Assembly (NCBI RefSeq): GCF_000143415.4
Contig: NW_003314390.1
Coordinates: 86,973 to 150,972, forward strand
Direction: 5' to 3'
Length of the DNA stretch: 64,000 nucleotides
From: Selaginella moellendorffii
Taxonomy: Eukaryota; Plantae; Lycopodiophyta
A program made the position numbers and the translations under genes. This document shows positions 44,165 through 57,709 of this stretch, piece by piece. Position 1 is the stretch's first letter. Each line of letters begins with the position of its first letter. The notes under the pieces were generated by a model. It had not been told where the DNA came from. It ran no database searches and saw only the letters and a list, made by a program, of their open reading frames with translations.

Positions 44165-44795
44165 TGTAGTGCATGTGATCATGGGATGAGATTTGGATAT
44201 ACTGTCACCGTGGATCCTTGGAACCTTGGGGGATAAATGGGGATAAAATAGCCACTAAGGGCTCTCTCATCAAGCAATTGCCCCTTTTCCAGTTGGCTTA
44301 AGGGGAGAGAGATAAGGTGCGCTATAGTTGGTATCGGAGCAAATGGCACAAGTTCGATTCCCATTGATTAGTGGCTACTTAAAAAGAAATCATACGTATT
44401 GGGCAGCCATGCGTATGTCCTTCCTCTTGTGTGGAGTATCCACGGACGAAGGTATCCACCGTGGGACTGCGGTACGGGTGGATGACTAGTTGCCTCACAT
44501 GGAATAACTAGTCTACACAATGGAAGGATTGGTAGATTGAGTGCAGAAATGGAGGTGCTAGTTCCCCTTGGCTCGGTAGGGGTTGTTAGTCAATAGTCAA
44601 TGAGGACATTGACATCTCTGAAGGGGGGGTGAGTGTAGCGCATGTGATCATGGGATGAGATTTGGATATACTATCACTGTGGATCCTTGGAATCTTAGGG
44701 GATAAATGGGGATAAAATAGCCACTAAAGGCTCTCTCATCAAGCAATTGCCCCTTTTCCAGTTGGCTTAAGGGGAGAGAGATAAGGTGCGCTACA
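44165..44795 (+). mobile_element. TRIM family B, complete (631 bp)
   Basis: 162-bp LTRs (44165-44326 and 44634-44795), PBS TGGTATCGGAGC, PPT, and TSD TTGAG/CTGAG. Confidence 0.95.
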
Positions 44796-47279
44796 CTGAG
44801 ATAGTCTGCTTGCTTGTGATTTTTGCTAGGTTTGTGGATGATCTCAAAGTTGTATTCTTGTAGTAAAAGGAACCATCTTGATATTCAACCAGATAGTATC
44901 GGCTTGTTGATGAGGTAAAGGAGTGCCTTGTGGTCGACGAAAAGGACGACTTTGGTTGACAGTATGTAGTGTCAGAACTTCTAAAGTGAGTAGATCATAC
45001 CAAGAGCTTCTTTCTCGGTGGTGGTGTAATTTCGTTCAGCTGGGTTGAGTAGTCGGCTGGCATAGTAGATCGGTTGATCTCGGTTGTCATGTTGAGTTTG
45101 GCTGAGAATTGAACCAGTGGCGACGTTAGAAGTGTCAACATGAATGTGGAACTCTTGTGTCCAGTTGGGCTTGGCAAGGATCGGTGCTGTTGTTAGTTTG
45201 AGTCAGAGATTATTGAATGCTTGTTGCTGTTCGGACGTCCATGTCCATTGGGCATCTTGTTTCAGTCCATCGGTGAGTGGTTTGGCGATGTGAGTGTACT
45301 TGTGGATGAATCGTCGGTGATATCCGACTTTGCCGAGGAAGTGCTGAAGTTCTTTCTGATTCCGGCAGTTCGAGTTTGGAGATGACATCAACTTTGTCCT
45401 TGTCAATGAGAATGCTGTCTTTGCAGACAACATGGCCGAGAAGTACTCCAGATTTGACAAAGAAAGCGTATTTGTCGGGGTTGAGTGCTATGTTGTTCTC
45501 CTCGCACTTGTTGAGGCATTTCTCCAGGCATTCAAGATGTTGATCTTTCGAGCTGAAAATGCTGAAGTCATCCATGAAGACTCTCATGAAGTCAGTGAGG
45601 TAGTCTCGGAAAGTGTTGGTGACGAGCCTTTGGAAGGTGAATGGGGCATTGCAAAGTCCAAAAGGCATTCGTCGGTAAGCATAGGCTCCCCATGGACTGA
45701 TGAATGTTGTCTTGTGCTGATATTCTTCGGCGATGTGAATTTGGTTGTAGCTGGAAAAACCATTGAGGAAGGAGTACATCTCGTGTTTGGCAACTGCGTC
45801 AAGAACTTCATCGGTAAATGGTATCAGGAAGACATCTTTTTCGGTGGCGTCATTGAGCTGTTTATAGTTGATGCAGATTCGAAGTTTGCCATTTTTCTTT
45901 GGCACAACCACCAGTGGTGAAAGCCATATTAGATTCTAAATCGGGTAGATGTACTCAACATGGAGAAGCTTGTCAAGTTCTTTCTTTACTTGTTCCATCA
46001 GATTTGGATTCATCAAGTAGGCTGCTTGTCTTCTTGGTTTTGAGTCTGGAAGAAGGGTGATGGTGTGAAGGCTGAGTGTTGGTGAAACTCCCTTAAGGTC
46101 TCGGTAACTCCAAGCGAACAAGTGTTTCTTCTTTCAAAGAAGTCTGATGCCTTTGTCTCGAAAACTTGCCGAGATATCGGTGGCAAGTACAATATTGTGT
46201 TTGTTGTCGTCGTCGACGAGGCTGACTTTTTTGAGTTTTTGGTCGGCTGGAATGGACGGAATGTAGGCAACTTTGTTGTGGTTGTTGACTGTGAATACTG
46301 GTGGTGGTTCGAGTTTGTATCTCTAGTGACTGGATTTTTCAGTGCTGATGTAATCGGGGGTCGTTCTCGTTGGAAGTCGGCGGCGATTTGAAACAGGTCA
46401 ATCTCGGCCAAAGGTTTGAGATCGGGGTAGGTTTTGAGAATTTGTTGTTCTTCATAGTCGTCGAGGCCATCTTCGAGATTATATTCTTCCAAGTCAATAG
46501 GTCGGTTGTGGCTGGACAGCGATTTGGTCACTTTTGTCGACATGGTTGTCGGTCCATCCGGTCCTCAAAGGATAAGATTGTCATTGGGCCAGTCTTGATA
46601 AACTTGGGCAGTTCAGAGCCAAGGTTGACCGAGGAGAATTGAGTATCCGTTGGTTTGCTCCGGTAGTTTGAGGACGACATAGTTGACTGGTATTTTGACG
46701 CCTTGAATGGTGGTGTTGACCTTTCGGATGGGTCGAACAGATCGGTGGTCAGCCATTCGGACATTGAAAGGTTCTGGGTGGACTGGGCCGATGTTGAGTT
46801 TTTGAACAAGACTTTCTTCAATAATATTAATGTTGGAGCCGCGTCAATTATGGCTCCTCGAACAAGGTGTTTGTCGAGTCGTAGGTTGATTGTCGGAACA
46901 TCATTGTCACAATCGCCTGGTTGAATCTCAGTTCGAAATGTGTCAACAACTGTTTGTGTCGAGTTGAGTGTGGACGAGTCTGTCAAAGTGTTGGTTGGTG
47001 CAGATGTCAAATCGGTGAGCTGTTTGGTGAGGTAGGGTGCAATCTTCAGCAGTTGGCTGACGGTGATCTGAATATTTTGGTTGAGGATAGTCTCTGCTAC
47101 TTCTTGGACTTCGTCGAAGTTTGCTGAATTGTGTTCTGGTGTCGGTGTTGATATGGCATGATTTGTCTGTCGGTTTTCTGATATTGAGTCTTGGCATTGT
47201 TGTCGAGCTGGTGATGGTTGAGCTTCATTGTCAGAGTCTAAAATCACCAATTCAGGTGGTTGTAGAGCGAGTTGCTATT

Positions 47280-47841
47280 TGTAAGCAACCAAAGGGAACG
47301 ACTTGAGAGACGATCCATGGGGTTCAAATATAGAGGGAAAGGGCCCATGAACAAGAGTGCACCCCTTTTTCCAATCAGTTAAGGGTCTTGGGATATTTGG
47401 GGTTAAGCGTCCTTGGGTTTGAATAGTACTGGGCTGGGTGACCTCCCGGGAAGTCCAAACTCAGGAGTTTACATTTGGTATCAGAGCGGTCTCGGATCCG
47501 ACTCTATTGGTTGGCTAAGGAAATCACACCACATGTTGATTGACATCTGGCTGGTCTAGTTTGCTCCCGCTAGGCTCGACCCGAGGGGTAGGGTGTCAAG
47601 AGAGTTCCGTTCACGAGGGCGTGAACTTGCAGGGAAGCGTGGTGGATTGTAAGCAACCAAAGGGAACGACTTGAGAGACGATCCATGGGGTTCAAATATA
47701 GAGGGAAAGGGCCCATGAACAAGAGTGCACCCCCTTTTCCAATCGGTTAAGGGTCTTGGGATATTTGGGGTTAAGCGTCCTTGGGTTTGAATAGTACCCG
47801 GCTGGGTGACCTCCCGGGAAGTCCAAACTCAGGAGTTTACA
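47280..47841 (+). mobile_element. Cassandra TRIM (562 bp) with a 5S rRNA-derived segment in each LTR
   Basis: 194-bp LTRs (47280-47473 and 47648-47841), perfect TSD CTATT and PBS TGGTATCAGAGC. GTTAAGCGTCCTTGGG...TAGTACT.GG.TGGGTGACCTCCCGGGAAGTCC matches the 5S box A/IE/box C region. Confidence 0.95.
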
Positions 47842-49589
47842 CTATTGTATCTTGGCGGCTAGCTTCTACTTCTTTTTCCATTCCCGGAGTTTTGTTGGGC
47901 TCTCCTAGCCATTCTCTTCACGATGTTTGAAAATGCTGTCCGGTTGTGTGTGTTTTTCTACTCGAATATGTGCTCGGGTTTGTACTGCCATGACTTGAGG
48001 ATTGGAGTCATCATTGTCGGCATAAGGTAGTTTGTCAGTCTCGACCATCCTTGTTGTTGGTGGTTGCTGCTGGTTCTGATCTTGTTGTCGAGGAGGCGGC
48101 AGACCAAGTCTTGGCGGACCGCCTTGGTTTTGAAGTCAAGGTTGCCATGGTCGGTTGTTGTAGTTGCCTTGGTAGGCCTGGTCTTGATAACCTTGGCCTT
48201 GGTATCTTCGGTTCTGGTATCTTGGGTATTGTTGGTATCCTTGGTTGTAGTTGTCTCGGGTTTTCCGGGTAGTTCCGGTTTGCCGGGTATTGTCGATCAT
48301 TGTAGTTGTTGTTGTAATTGTTGTAGTTGTTGTAGTGAGGTTGATCATTCCATTGTCGACTCTGGTGTTAGAAGTTGTTTCTCAGTGGTCTCCAGTTTGT
48401 CGGAGGTTGTGCTTGGTAATTGTTGAAGTATTGATTTGGATATGGTTGTCAAAACTGCTGTCGGGGATAGTTCGAGACTTGTTGAACTTCTGGAGAACTT
48501 TGAAATCTACAAGTCTTGGCATCATGACCTTCTTTGGCACAGATCTGGCATTTGGAGATTTGGAGCTTACAGTCACTTGCCGGATGTCCTTCATTCTTGC
48601 ACTTAATACACCAAATTCCAGATCGAAATTCTTTGATGTCGGCCTTGGCTTTTCCCTTGAGCTTGTTGATTGTTTTTCTGAGTTTTCAAAGTTTTGACTT
48701 GGCGCTCTCTCTGAGTTCATCGTCGGAGTCATCGTCAGAACTACTGTCAAAATCTGAGTTATCCGTGTCGTCTACTTGTGCTGTCATTCGTCAAGCTTGA
48801 ACATCTTGAAGGGCTCTTGCGAGTTCAAGGTAAGTGGCAACGTTGATGTGTGTTGCCACTTCTCGGAGGGATCGGCAGAGTCCTTGCATGTACCATTGGT
48901 AAAGTAATGTTTCGGTGGCACTGTTGCCCCATTTGCTAGCATGTCGAGTGAAGGTTTGAGTGTAGTCGTCGATGGATTGACCGGACTTCTGCTTGAGTTT
49001 TTGGATCTTGTGAAGTCGTTGGCTTTGAGTGAGGGAAGACTTGAATCGGTCTACGAGCTTGAGTGTGAGGTCGTTGAAACTTGTATTTTGAGGAAGCGTT
49101 TGAGCCCATTCGTTGGCTCTCTTTCGAAGGGTACATCAGAAGTAGTATGGAAGTTCGGTTGTCTGGCTGTTGATTCGGATTGCTTCTCGGAACTGTTCAA
49201 CATGTTTCTCGGCATCTTCTAACTTCAGACCATGAACTAGTGGATAGGAGATGTGTCTTCCAACAGGTATATTGGTGACAGCAGTAGTGACTGCCATTTG
49301 CTGTTGGTAGTAATGTCGGTATTGTCGAGGTTGTTTTGTTAGGTTGTCACTGTGGAGTGCTGTTGTCGGGGTCGACGGCAAAGTTGGTGTAAGAGGAAGG
49401 TGGTGAATTGTTGTTGTTGTTTAGTGGACTCTTCTTTGTTTTTTCTTCTGTATTGGGACTGTTTTTGGGTGTGTCGTCGATGTCGTCGTCGGTGTCGGGT
49501 TGCTTGCCGGTGTTGATTTTTGGAAGATGGTGCTCGAACTTCTTGTCAACGTACTTGTCAGAGTTATGTTGTGTTGGTTGTGGTTGTTC

Positions 49590-51030
49590 TTCTAAATTGT
49601 CAAAGAGTTCTTCGAACGTATAGTTGTGTGGTGATTGTGGTTGCTGTGGAAGATTGTTGTCGTCGACAATTGGTTCGTCGATCTCATTGTTGTTGGATGA
49701 TTGTAGCTGTTCGGCAGCTCGGTGTGAGTTGTTGACGTCGAGTGCTTGACTATTGGACGATTTGGGTTGTTTGTCTTTACTGCTGTTGACTGGGTATATC
49801 GAAGTGCGACTGTAATTGGTGAAGTCAAGTTGTTGTCTTGTCGGCGTGTTGAAGTCAAAAGTGTGTTCAAAAAATCTTGCTGATAGCAGGCTTTAGTAGA
49901 TGTTGGAAGCAAATGTGGGATATGTTGGTGTTGTGAAGATCGGTCGGTATGGCGAAAATGGTGCTAGTCTGGTGAAGTCTATGAAGCTGGGCGGGAAACT
50001 TGGTCGTTCGTCGTCACTGTAGATGGGGTTGGTGAATGTACCTTTGAAGTGGTTGTATGCTGCTTGAAAAATGTTTTGTTGCTCAAGCGTAGCCTGTGTC
50101 GACTACTTGAATGTTCGGTCGGGCTCGGGCACTTTGGTGGGTGCTGTCAAGGGTGTTGATTCAGACTTGGGCACTTGGGTGGGTGCTGTCGAGGGTGCTG
50201 CCAGTGGTGTGTCCAATGGTGTTGTGTAGTCGTCATATTCTTCACGGATGTCTGATACTGATTCGTCGGAGTTAGCTCGTGGTAATAATTCATGTCGGAT
50301 GTAATTCTCTCTCTTAGAGGGTCTAACAACTTGATTCAACTTCTCTTGGTCTTTCTTTCTCTTTGTTTCTAAATTCTTCAAGTCTCTATCTAAATGTCGG
50401 ATAAGCCATTTTCGGTCTTCTTCTGACTTGCTAAATGTTCTTCGTGGTTTTGGATACATGCATTCTTCTACTGGTTGTAGGTGTCAAATTCAAGTCTGCA
50501 GTCAATCATGTAGTTCAGGCAAAACTTCAGGAAGACTGTCGGCAGGCCAATTGTCGATAAAGTCGTTGTGAACTTGTTCTTTCTTTTCAGTGCAAATATC
50601 GACGGTGGTGCGTGTTGGGTTGGGTTGTGTTCAGCCGAGTTGTGTTGGGTCGAGTGTGCTGGTGCAGTATGCAAACTGGTCTTCCACTTGCTGGTGCTAA
50701 GATGGAGTTCGATGAAGAGTACGGGATATTCGGGTTTGTCTGGAATGATTTCTTTGATAATGTCATCGAGTTGTTCGAGTCCAGATTGGGCGATGGCATG
50801 ATTGGCGAGAGTTGTTGCAGCGAACGTGTTGATTTCGAACCGAGTTCGGACTGTTGTTTCGGTGTTGAGCTGCTGACTTTGTCGGAGGGGTTTTCGAAAA
50901 ATCGGTAGTGCGTTGTGAAGTTGTCCCTCGACAAGTTGTCTGATACCGGGTAACAAAGTGATGGGTTCATCATTGGTGTAGGTTTTGAGGATGTGCTTCG
51001 ATATTGGGAACTGGAATCATGTCGGAGCAC
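49590..51030 (-). pseudogene. Fragmented ORF(s) upstream of the Gypsy-1 gag core (5' accessory ORF or gag extension)
   Basis: Consecutive minus-strand ORF fragments (50468-50956, 50103-50459, 49592-49912) with the same codon bias as gag-pol. Confidence 0.5.
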
Positions 51031-54000
51031 TAGGATTGCCAGGTTGACGATTGCACAGAAGATGGGTTCATTTTGGCAGTGGTGTCAGTTTGTGTCGAGC
51101 GCACTGGTTGAGGTTTCGAGCTTGGAGTGGGTGGTCTTGTGCTCAGAGATGGATTTCGCCAATGAAGCTACTGAGGGCATCTCTTGATGAAGGTGCTGGT
51201 AGATTGGAGTTTCTTGTCAAAGAGGGTCATTGGTGTTCTCCGTCAGTGATTGGACTTGGAGATCTTGAGAGAGAGCTTTTAGATTCTTCAAAGATCTCCT
51301 CTGGAAAGTGTCTGTCTCTACTGCGTTGGGCAGCGATTGCTTGGATGCTGTTGATCCATGTCGGTAGTAGCATTTGGGTGAATTTACGAATTAGGGTGTA
51401 ATTTGGGCAAATTTGGGGAGGTGGGTAAATTTCTGGATCGTTCGCACTATATGTGCACAAAGAATGGAGAAAGAATGGAAGAATTTGTGAACCTGAAGGG
51501 GAATACAAAGCCGTGGTCGCCAAATGAAGAGGTGTGAAAACTCCTCTTCACTGGAAATCTATTGTTAGTAAGAAAACAAAAGAGAAAAGGGCCTGATCTC
51601 TAAGGGCTAAGAAGAAGCATACTGTATATTGATAAGAAAAATGATGGAATGGAGATAGGGATCCATAATTCAGATTCCCCCCTTTGAAAAGCTAGCGGTT
51701 CTAACTGCTAGCATATACTATATGTTGTGCATGATTTAATCTATGGCTCCGATGCAGCCCTGGGTTCAAGGTCGGAGTCCCTTGAACCTTGTTTTTGGTT
51801 GAGACAATGGCATCATAACCATACACTTGGTCCTCATATCATCCCCCCCTCTTGGAATAATGGAAGACTATCAAGGTTCTCTTGTAGATGGGCTGGGATC
51901 TAGAGGAATGTCACGAAGAGGCATTGGCGGATTTGTAGGTGGTATCAAGTGTTCCTGATCCTTTTGTATAAAGCGTTTCAACTGCTGCGCATACACAATT
52001 TCTTGAGGATTGGCCTCCTGAATGTCATGCTAAACCTCGTAAACTTGCAGTCCCATTTGCCACAACACTCGGTATAGTACTTTCCACTGAGCAAGGAGCC
52101 CCTTAGATAAACCACATATCGTGAGATAGGGAAAACGGACTAACCCCAAATCATCCACTTTGTACTCCACAAATGGATGATGATGGAAGTTATAGTGCTA
52201 TTGTTGTCCCACTTATACACGGCCTAAGTGTTCGGCAAACAAGTGGAAGAATGCTCATCAAATACTAATCCCACGACCTAGCATTAGCAACTCATGGCAA
52301 TCGTGAAGGTAAACCCAACTCCATTAGTAATATTATATCATGACTATATAGAAATTTATATGGTGAAGCACCAATAGAACTCTACACCCCTGTGACATAT
52401 GCATACCAAAGAGATGGCAAATAACCATCCCAATCCAAATGCTGAAAGTTCATGTACTTAGCAATCATTCCTTTGAATGTCTGAACAAGCCATTTCACCA
52501 AACCGTCTGACTGTGGATGATAAGCACTTGTGAAAGTGTGGCATATCCCCAACCGAGATATCAAAACATGAAGTGCCTCAGCCACAAATGCAGGACCATT
52601 ATCCGAAAAAATCTGCTTCGGACAAGAATGCTAGAACACTACTTAATTGAGGAGGAAGTATCCAATAGCAATTGCAGAGGCACTAGCAAGAGCACCAACT
52701 TCCACCCAATAAATCAAATAGTCAAAAGCAATAAAAATATATTCATTGCTAACAGTCGATCATGGAAAAGGTCCCATAAGATCAAATGCCACCAACTCAA
52801 ACGGATAGGAAATTGCAATTGACTCCAACTGTCCTTCTGCGGTACGAGGGGGAGTATTACGAACTTGGCACCAAATGCAACTACACATATACCGGATAAC
52901 ATCACGTTACATCTTCGGCTAATAGAAAGATTTGTGTAGCTTCTCGGTCACACGATGATGTCCCATATGCCCGCCTAGAATAGGAGAATCATGGTAAGCA
53001 TGGAAAAGACCATAGAATAAAGACGGAAGGCACCATTAGCTATAAAGGATCATTAGGATCCGTCCCCACAAAATAAAGAAGGCCGTTTTTAATGTGATAT
53101 TGAGAATGTAAATGCCGGAATGGCAAGTCATTAGCAAGTGATATAAGATTCTCAAACCCATCTTGAAGCATTCGAATCCACAGCTCAACTTTTTTAGCCT
53201 CACGAATCTTATCAATAGAAGGTAAATCTTGTTTTGCACCTTATGGACATTGAACGTTAAGTATAGCAACCACCAATGGCACAGAATCCTCGTCTAAAAA
53301 ATCCATAAATGCTAGAACAACAGGCTCGTAAAAAATATGAGAAGAGAGTGGAGAAGGAAGAGGAGCTCAAGAAAGGGCATCAACATCAGCCATAGAACTC
53401 CCAAGGCAATGAACAACATCAAAATCATATATTTACAGCTTCAAAGCCCACAGAGCAATATGACCAACCATGTTCTTTCGCTTCAATAATGAAGTAACAG
53501 CAACATAATCACCTTGAAGTAATGTCTGAGAACCATGTAGATATACATGAAGTTTCTCGAAACTCTAAACTGCTGCTAAACAGTCCTTCTCTATCCTAGA
53601 GTAATTCACTTCCACTGGTTGTAATCTACAGTTTATATACGCAATAGGATGGCATTGACCAGGCACACTCAGGCTTTCTTGCATCAACACACCTTCAAGA
53701 CCAATATCAAAAGCATCCATGCACAAAATAAAAAGTTGAGTGTAATTAGGATATGCCAAAACTGGAGGAGTCGTTAACAGCTCTTTAAGATCCACGAACA
53801 CTCATTTACAATCCGGAGACCAGATGAAAGATGACATTGATGACTTTACAATGCTCGCAATGGTGTAGTGCGATCAGAAAGATGATCCACAAAACAATCG
53901 AAATACTACATATTGCCCAGGAAGCGCTGCACATCATTCACACACTTTGAAGTAGGGAACTTTAGAATAGCCACAAGTTTATTAAGATCAACTTGCAAAC

Positions 54001-55256
54001 CCTCGCAAGAAATATGATACCCAAGATAAGTTGTATCCTTGGACCCAAACATGCACTTTGACCATTTTAGCTTTAATCCAACATCTCGTAGCCAATCCAA
54101 CACTTTACAAACATCATGAATGTGCTCCTCCCACATCCCTTCCGAGTGAATCAAGACATCATCAATGAAGTTAACAGTCATCTCTAACATATTGTAAAAA
54201 AACCTCGTCCATCATCTATTGAAAAGTTGCTAGAGCATTGTTCAAACTAAACGGCATTACCAAGAACTCATACAAACTAAATAGTGTATAAAAAATAGTC
54301 TTAAAAATAGTTTCTTCGGCCATTGGTACTTGCCAATACCTAGAAGTAAAATCTAGTTTGGTGAATTAACGACTTCGCCCCAAACGATCCAAGAGATTAG
54401 TAGTGTGAAGAAGAGGGTACATATCTGGGATCATTATTTCATTTAACAAATGATAGTCAATACAGAAAAGAACACTCCCATCAAACTTTGTCACAAGATG
54501 AGGTTCACATGCCCAAGGACTTTATGACTTTCAAATAACACCCTTCTCCAACATCTCCTTGACGTTTGTACATAAAATCTTGATCTCTTTGGGTGACCGA
54601 CGACGAACAGGAACTTTGATTGGACACGCATCCCTAATTGGAATAGAATGATGTGTGGCAATCTTGGCTCTAGATGATAGGTCAAATTCAAAGAGATCAG
54701 AATACTCCTTCATGAGCCAGTCAACCGCTGCAACACAAAGATTGTTAAGATTGGAAAAGGAAAGAGCAAAACAAGACAAAAACATAGGAGAAAGGAGTGG
54801 GGGAACAAAAATAATAAAAGTAGAAGTAGAAGCCAAGGGACAAAAAGGTACAAAAGTGAGAGGAATGAATGAAATATAAGGAAGGATGAGATAAAGGGGA
54901 GAAACTTCAAAATCACACTTGGTATGATTGCACTGCAACCAATCCATACCAAGAATGAAGTCAAAAGCCTGACTTGACACTACCCACAATGATTATAACC
55001 CAAGCTCGATATCACCCACATGCACAACTAAGTCCACCTCATCCCATGCACATGCATGTATACGGCCGTTGCCATAAAGAATGAAAATTGGCTCCACTGC
55101 ACGACACAAGTGTAGATGGCAATATGTGGCAACGGGTTGAGCAATAGAAGATAAACTCAAACTTGTATCAACTAACATGGAGAGAATAATAAAAGACCAT
55201 TTGTTATAAAAATGAATTTGGAAAGTAAACACTAGATGAACTAGTGCCAAGTGAAT

Positions 55257-57709
55257 CGTAAGGCGAGGTTATCAAGGTTTGGGAAATAGTTCTTGAGTAT
55301 TCAAAGAAATAACTTTAAACAAAAATCAATGTTTGAGAACTTTCACGCTTATGTAAAGAACCATGTTATATTAGTTGGGTAATTTGCTAAGTGGGATTGG
55401 CAAGTTAGAGGAACTAAAACCCTAGTTAAAGGTGATAACTTCAAAAGGGTGGCTCATGGGGCCAAGCATGAAGGAGTCCATACATGATCACAGATTGATC
55501 AAGTAGCTTGTTAAGTGAGAAGACTTAGAAGCTTAAAGGAACTAAGTTCCTAAGTTGTAATCCATAGTACGCATTAAACATAAGTTGGTGCACTAGCATA
55601 GGGAGTCATGCCAAGCATTTTTGGTAGTACCACCTGTAGATGCATATATGGAGGTTGAGTTCAAGTCCCAACTCTCTAGTGCTTGGGTTTAAGTCCCAAT
55701 TTACTAGAGCGTAATGATGGTTTGGAATATAAAGACACTCATTTTGGTGGTTATGGACTCTTAGTAAGGAAGTTGGCTTAAGCACATTACCAAATGGGGG
55801 ATGCTTTAGAGTCATAATGTACAGTTAAATTGCTTAGTGTGAAAGCTCAACATATCTAACTTGAATACTTTAGTGCAAGTAGCACCAAAGATGTGGTGAA
55901 TGAGATAGAGACACCCAATCTTGGTTGTTATGGACTCTTGGCCAGAAGGGCTAGTTTAGGCACACTGCCAAGTGTGGGGGATGCCCTTAGGGTTATAGTC
56001 AAGGTTTTAAGGTGAGATCATTAGGTGATCTTATAGCTAAATAAGAACAAAGTCTTTATTAAGTTAAGAAATAAGATTCCTAGTTCAAAGTGTTGATTTG
56101 AACTATTAGTGATGGTATAAATTGATCGAGGTTATCAAATGGAAAGGACACTTAGGGGAGTCTTATATTAATATGGTGAGTCTAAAAAAGTAGTCTTTAA
56201 GAAACACTTATAAAAAGGTTACAAAGTTGGGCCATGGATAGAGCTTGTAGCAAAAAATGCTACAGAAACTTACTAGGGATGAACACCCTTTGGATTTGGC
56301 AAAGTAAAGCCTTTGCTATAAAACAAAAAACATACCTTGAAGATAGAGGTAGTGTTCCTATGTTGCTTGGTACAAAAATTGAAGGAAAAGAGTAAAAGAC
56401 TAATGGCCAAGATTGGGAAATTATTGGAAAGAATCCAAGTGGCAAAGTTAGGTATGGAACACTTAGGTGTTGGATGCTAACAGATTGTGGGAAAGGAAAT
56501 ATGTTTTCGAGAATGAATTCCCAAATGTTCTAATATGGAGAAAGTGAAAGCTCTAAGGGAGGGAGCAGAAAAATAGCCAAATGATAAGACTATGGACAAC
56601 CCTAGCACAAACTATGGATAACTGGAATTTAATGCTAAGGGTAGCATAAAATAAAAAAGAGGGTGCCTTCAAATAAAGAACTTCCTAGTATGGGAAAGTA
56701 ATGTTTGCATAATTGGTGTAATGCAAGGTGTAGGACACACCTAAAAAATTGACTTGAAATATTAATATTTAAATCTTAAAGTGTGATGGCTATGTTGGTA
56801 GAGCTTGAGCTTACTCTAAAATAAGTAGTAAAATTGAGACCAAAAGGATTTTAGCGAGAACTAAACAAACAAGGAGAAAACCACCATAAGTGGTTTAATG
56901 AATCTTTAAGTTGGAGACATTATACCCTTGTGAGGATGGGCAAGGTATAGTGAGCCTTTGGTGTTGAATTATTGATGAATATTGGCTTAGTGCCATGGTA
57001 ATCCATGATGAGGTTACTTTATAAAATAATTTATTGTTCAATGAGGACATCAAATTTCGTCTATAGGTGGTAGAGTTATGAGACACAAATCCCTAAGCCC
57101 TAAAGTGGAGCTAAAAGGGTGCCACATGGTAGTGGTTGGAGTGGAAGGCCAACAAATGTAATATATTTGGACCAAAAGCACTAACTTGGAAAGTTGAGAG
57201 TATGAATGGAACCCCGAACAAAGTGCTTGAGGAATGAGTATGAAACAATCGATGAATGAGTCTCTGAAAAGGAATACAAAAAGGACTAACACATGGTAAA
57301 TGTTGTGATACATGGAAGTGTAAGAAATGAGTCCGAGAAGGAATCCAATATGGACCTGAGATGGACCTGAGATGGGCTTGAGATGGAGTCCAAGATGGAT
57401 CCGACATAGAGTCCAAGGTCAAGTCTGAGATGGAGACTAGGACGAGGACCGAGGTTGAGTCCAAGGTCAAGACCAAGACCGAGATTGAGACTGAGACTAA
57501 GATCGAGACCGAGATCGAGATTGAGACCGAGACTGAGTCTGAGTCCGAGTCTGAGTGCAAGTGCGAGTGCGAGTGCAAGTGCAAGTCCAAGTCTGAATCC
57601 AAGTCTGAGGGTGGAAGCCCAATGTGATCGTCTCCCAAACCCTAAAGGGTTTAGTGAGCTCCAAAAGTATAGTAAATGGAAAACTCTAGTGGAGTTAGTT
57701 TTGCCAAGA
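55257..57709 (+). mobile_element. Old decayed family-C element (3' internal region plus start of 3' LTR at 57077)
   Basis: Collinear with 61650-63515 and with the LTR, with many C>T and G>A changes. It is cut at 57709 by a younger copy. Confidence 0.88.

Larger units (their letters stand above)
42836..49381 (-). pseudogene. Gypsy-1 gag-pol with frameshifts and stops, interrupted by two TRIMs
   Basis: gag HVEQFREAIRIN, PR RGAIID, RT VVPKKNGKLRIC...MPFGLCNAP..FMDDF, RH and INT TPYYPQGNGQAEAMNK. Confidence 0.92.
40142..51806 (-). mobile_element. Gypsy-1 full-length LTR retrotransposon (non-chromovirus, Athila/Selgy-like)
   Basis: LTRs 51525-51806 and 40142-40436, perfect TSD ATGGC, PBS TGGCGACCACGGC (Arg-type, inferred) and PPT GGGGAGCAGAG. 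Confidence 0.95.
39905..55255 (-). mobile_element. Gypsy-2 LTR retrotransposon, 5'-truncated and decayed; its 3' LTR is split by Gypsy-1
   Basis: PPT (rc of TCCCCCCCTCTT at 51842). LTR is 51841-51807 plus 40141-39905 and contains (TA)n at 39981-40010. Domain order is PR (LVDT, ILGMDWL), RT (FIDDVLI), RH (PPVLAYP), INT (YHPQSDG). Confidence 0.8.

Noticed and set aside
47401-47456. 5S rRNA gene
   Set aside because: Only the internal promoter half is present, duplicated within TRIM LTRs. It is the Cassandra segment.
51850-52100. Chromodomain at the end of the Gypsy-2 integrase
   Set aside because: The tail reads as a GPY/F-like region followed by a Pro-rich stretch, with no chromodomain motif.
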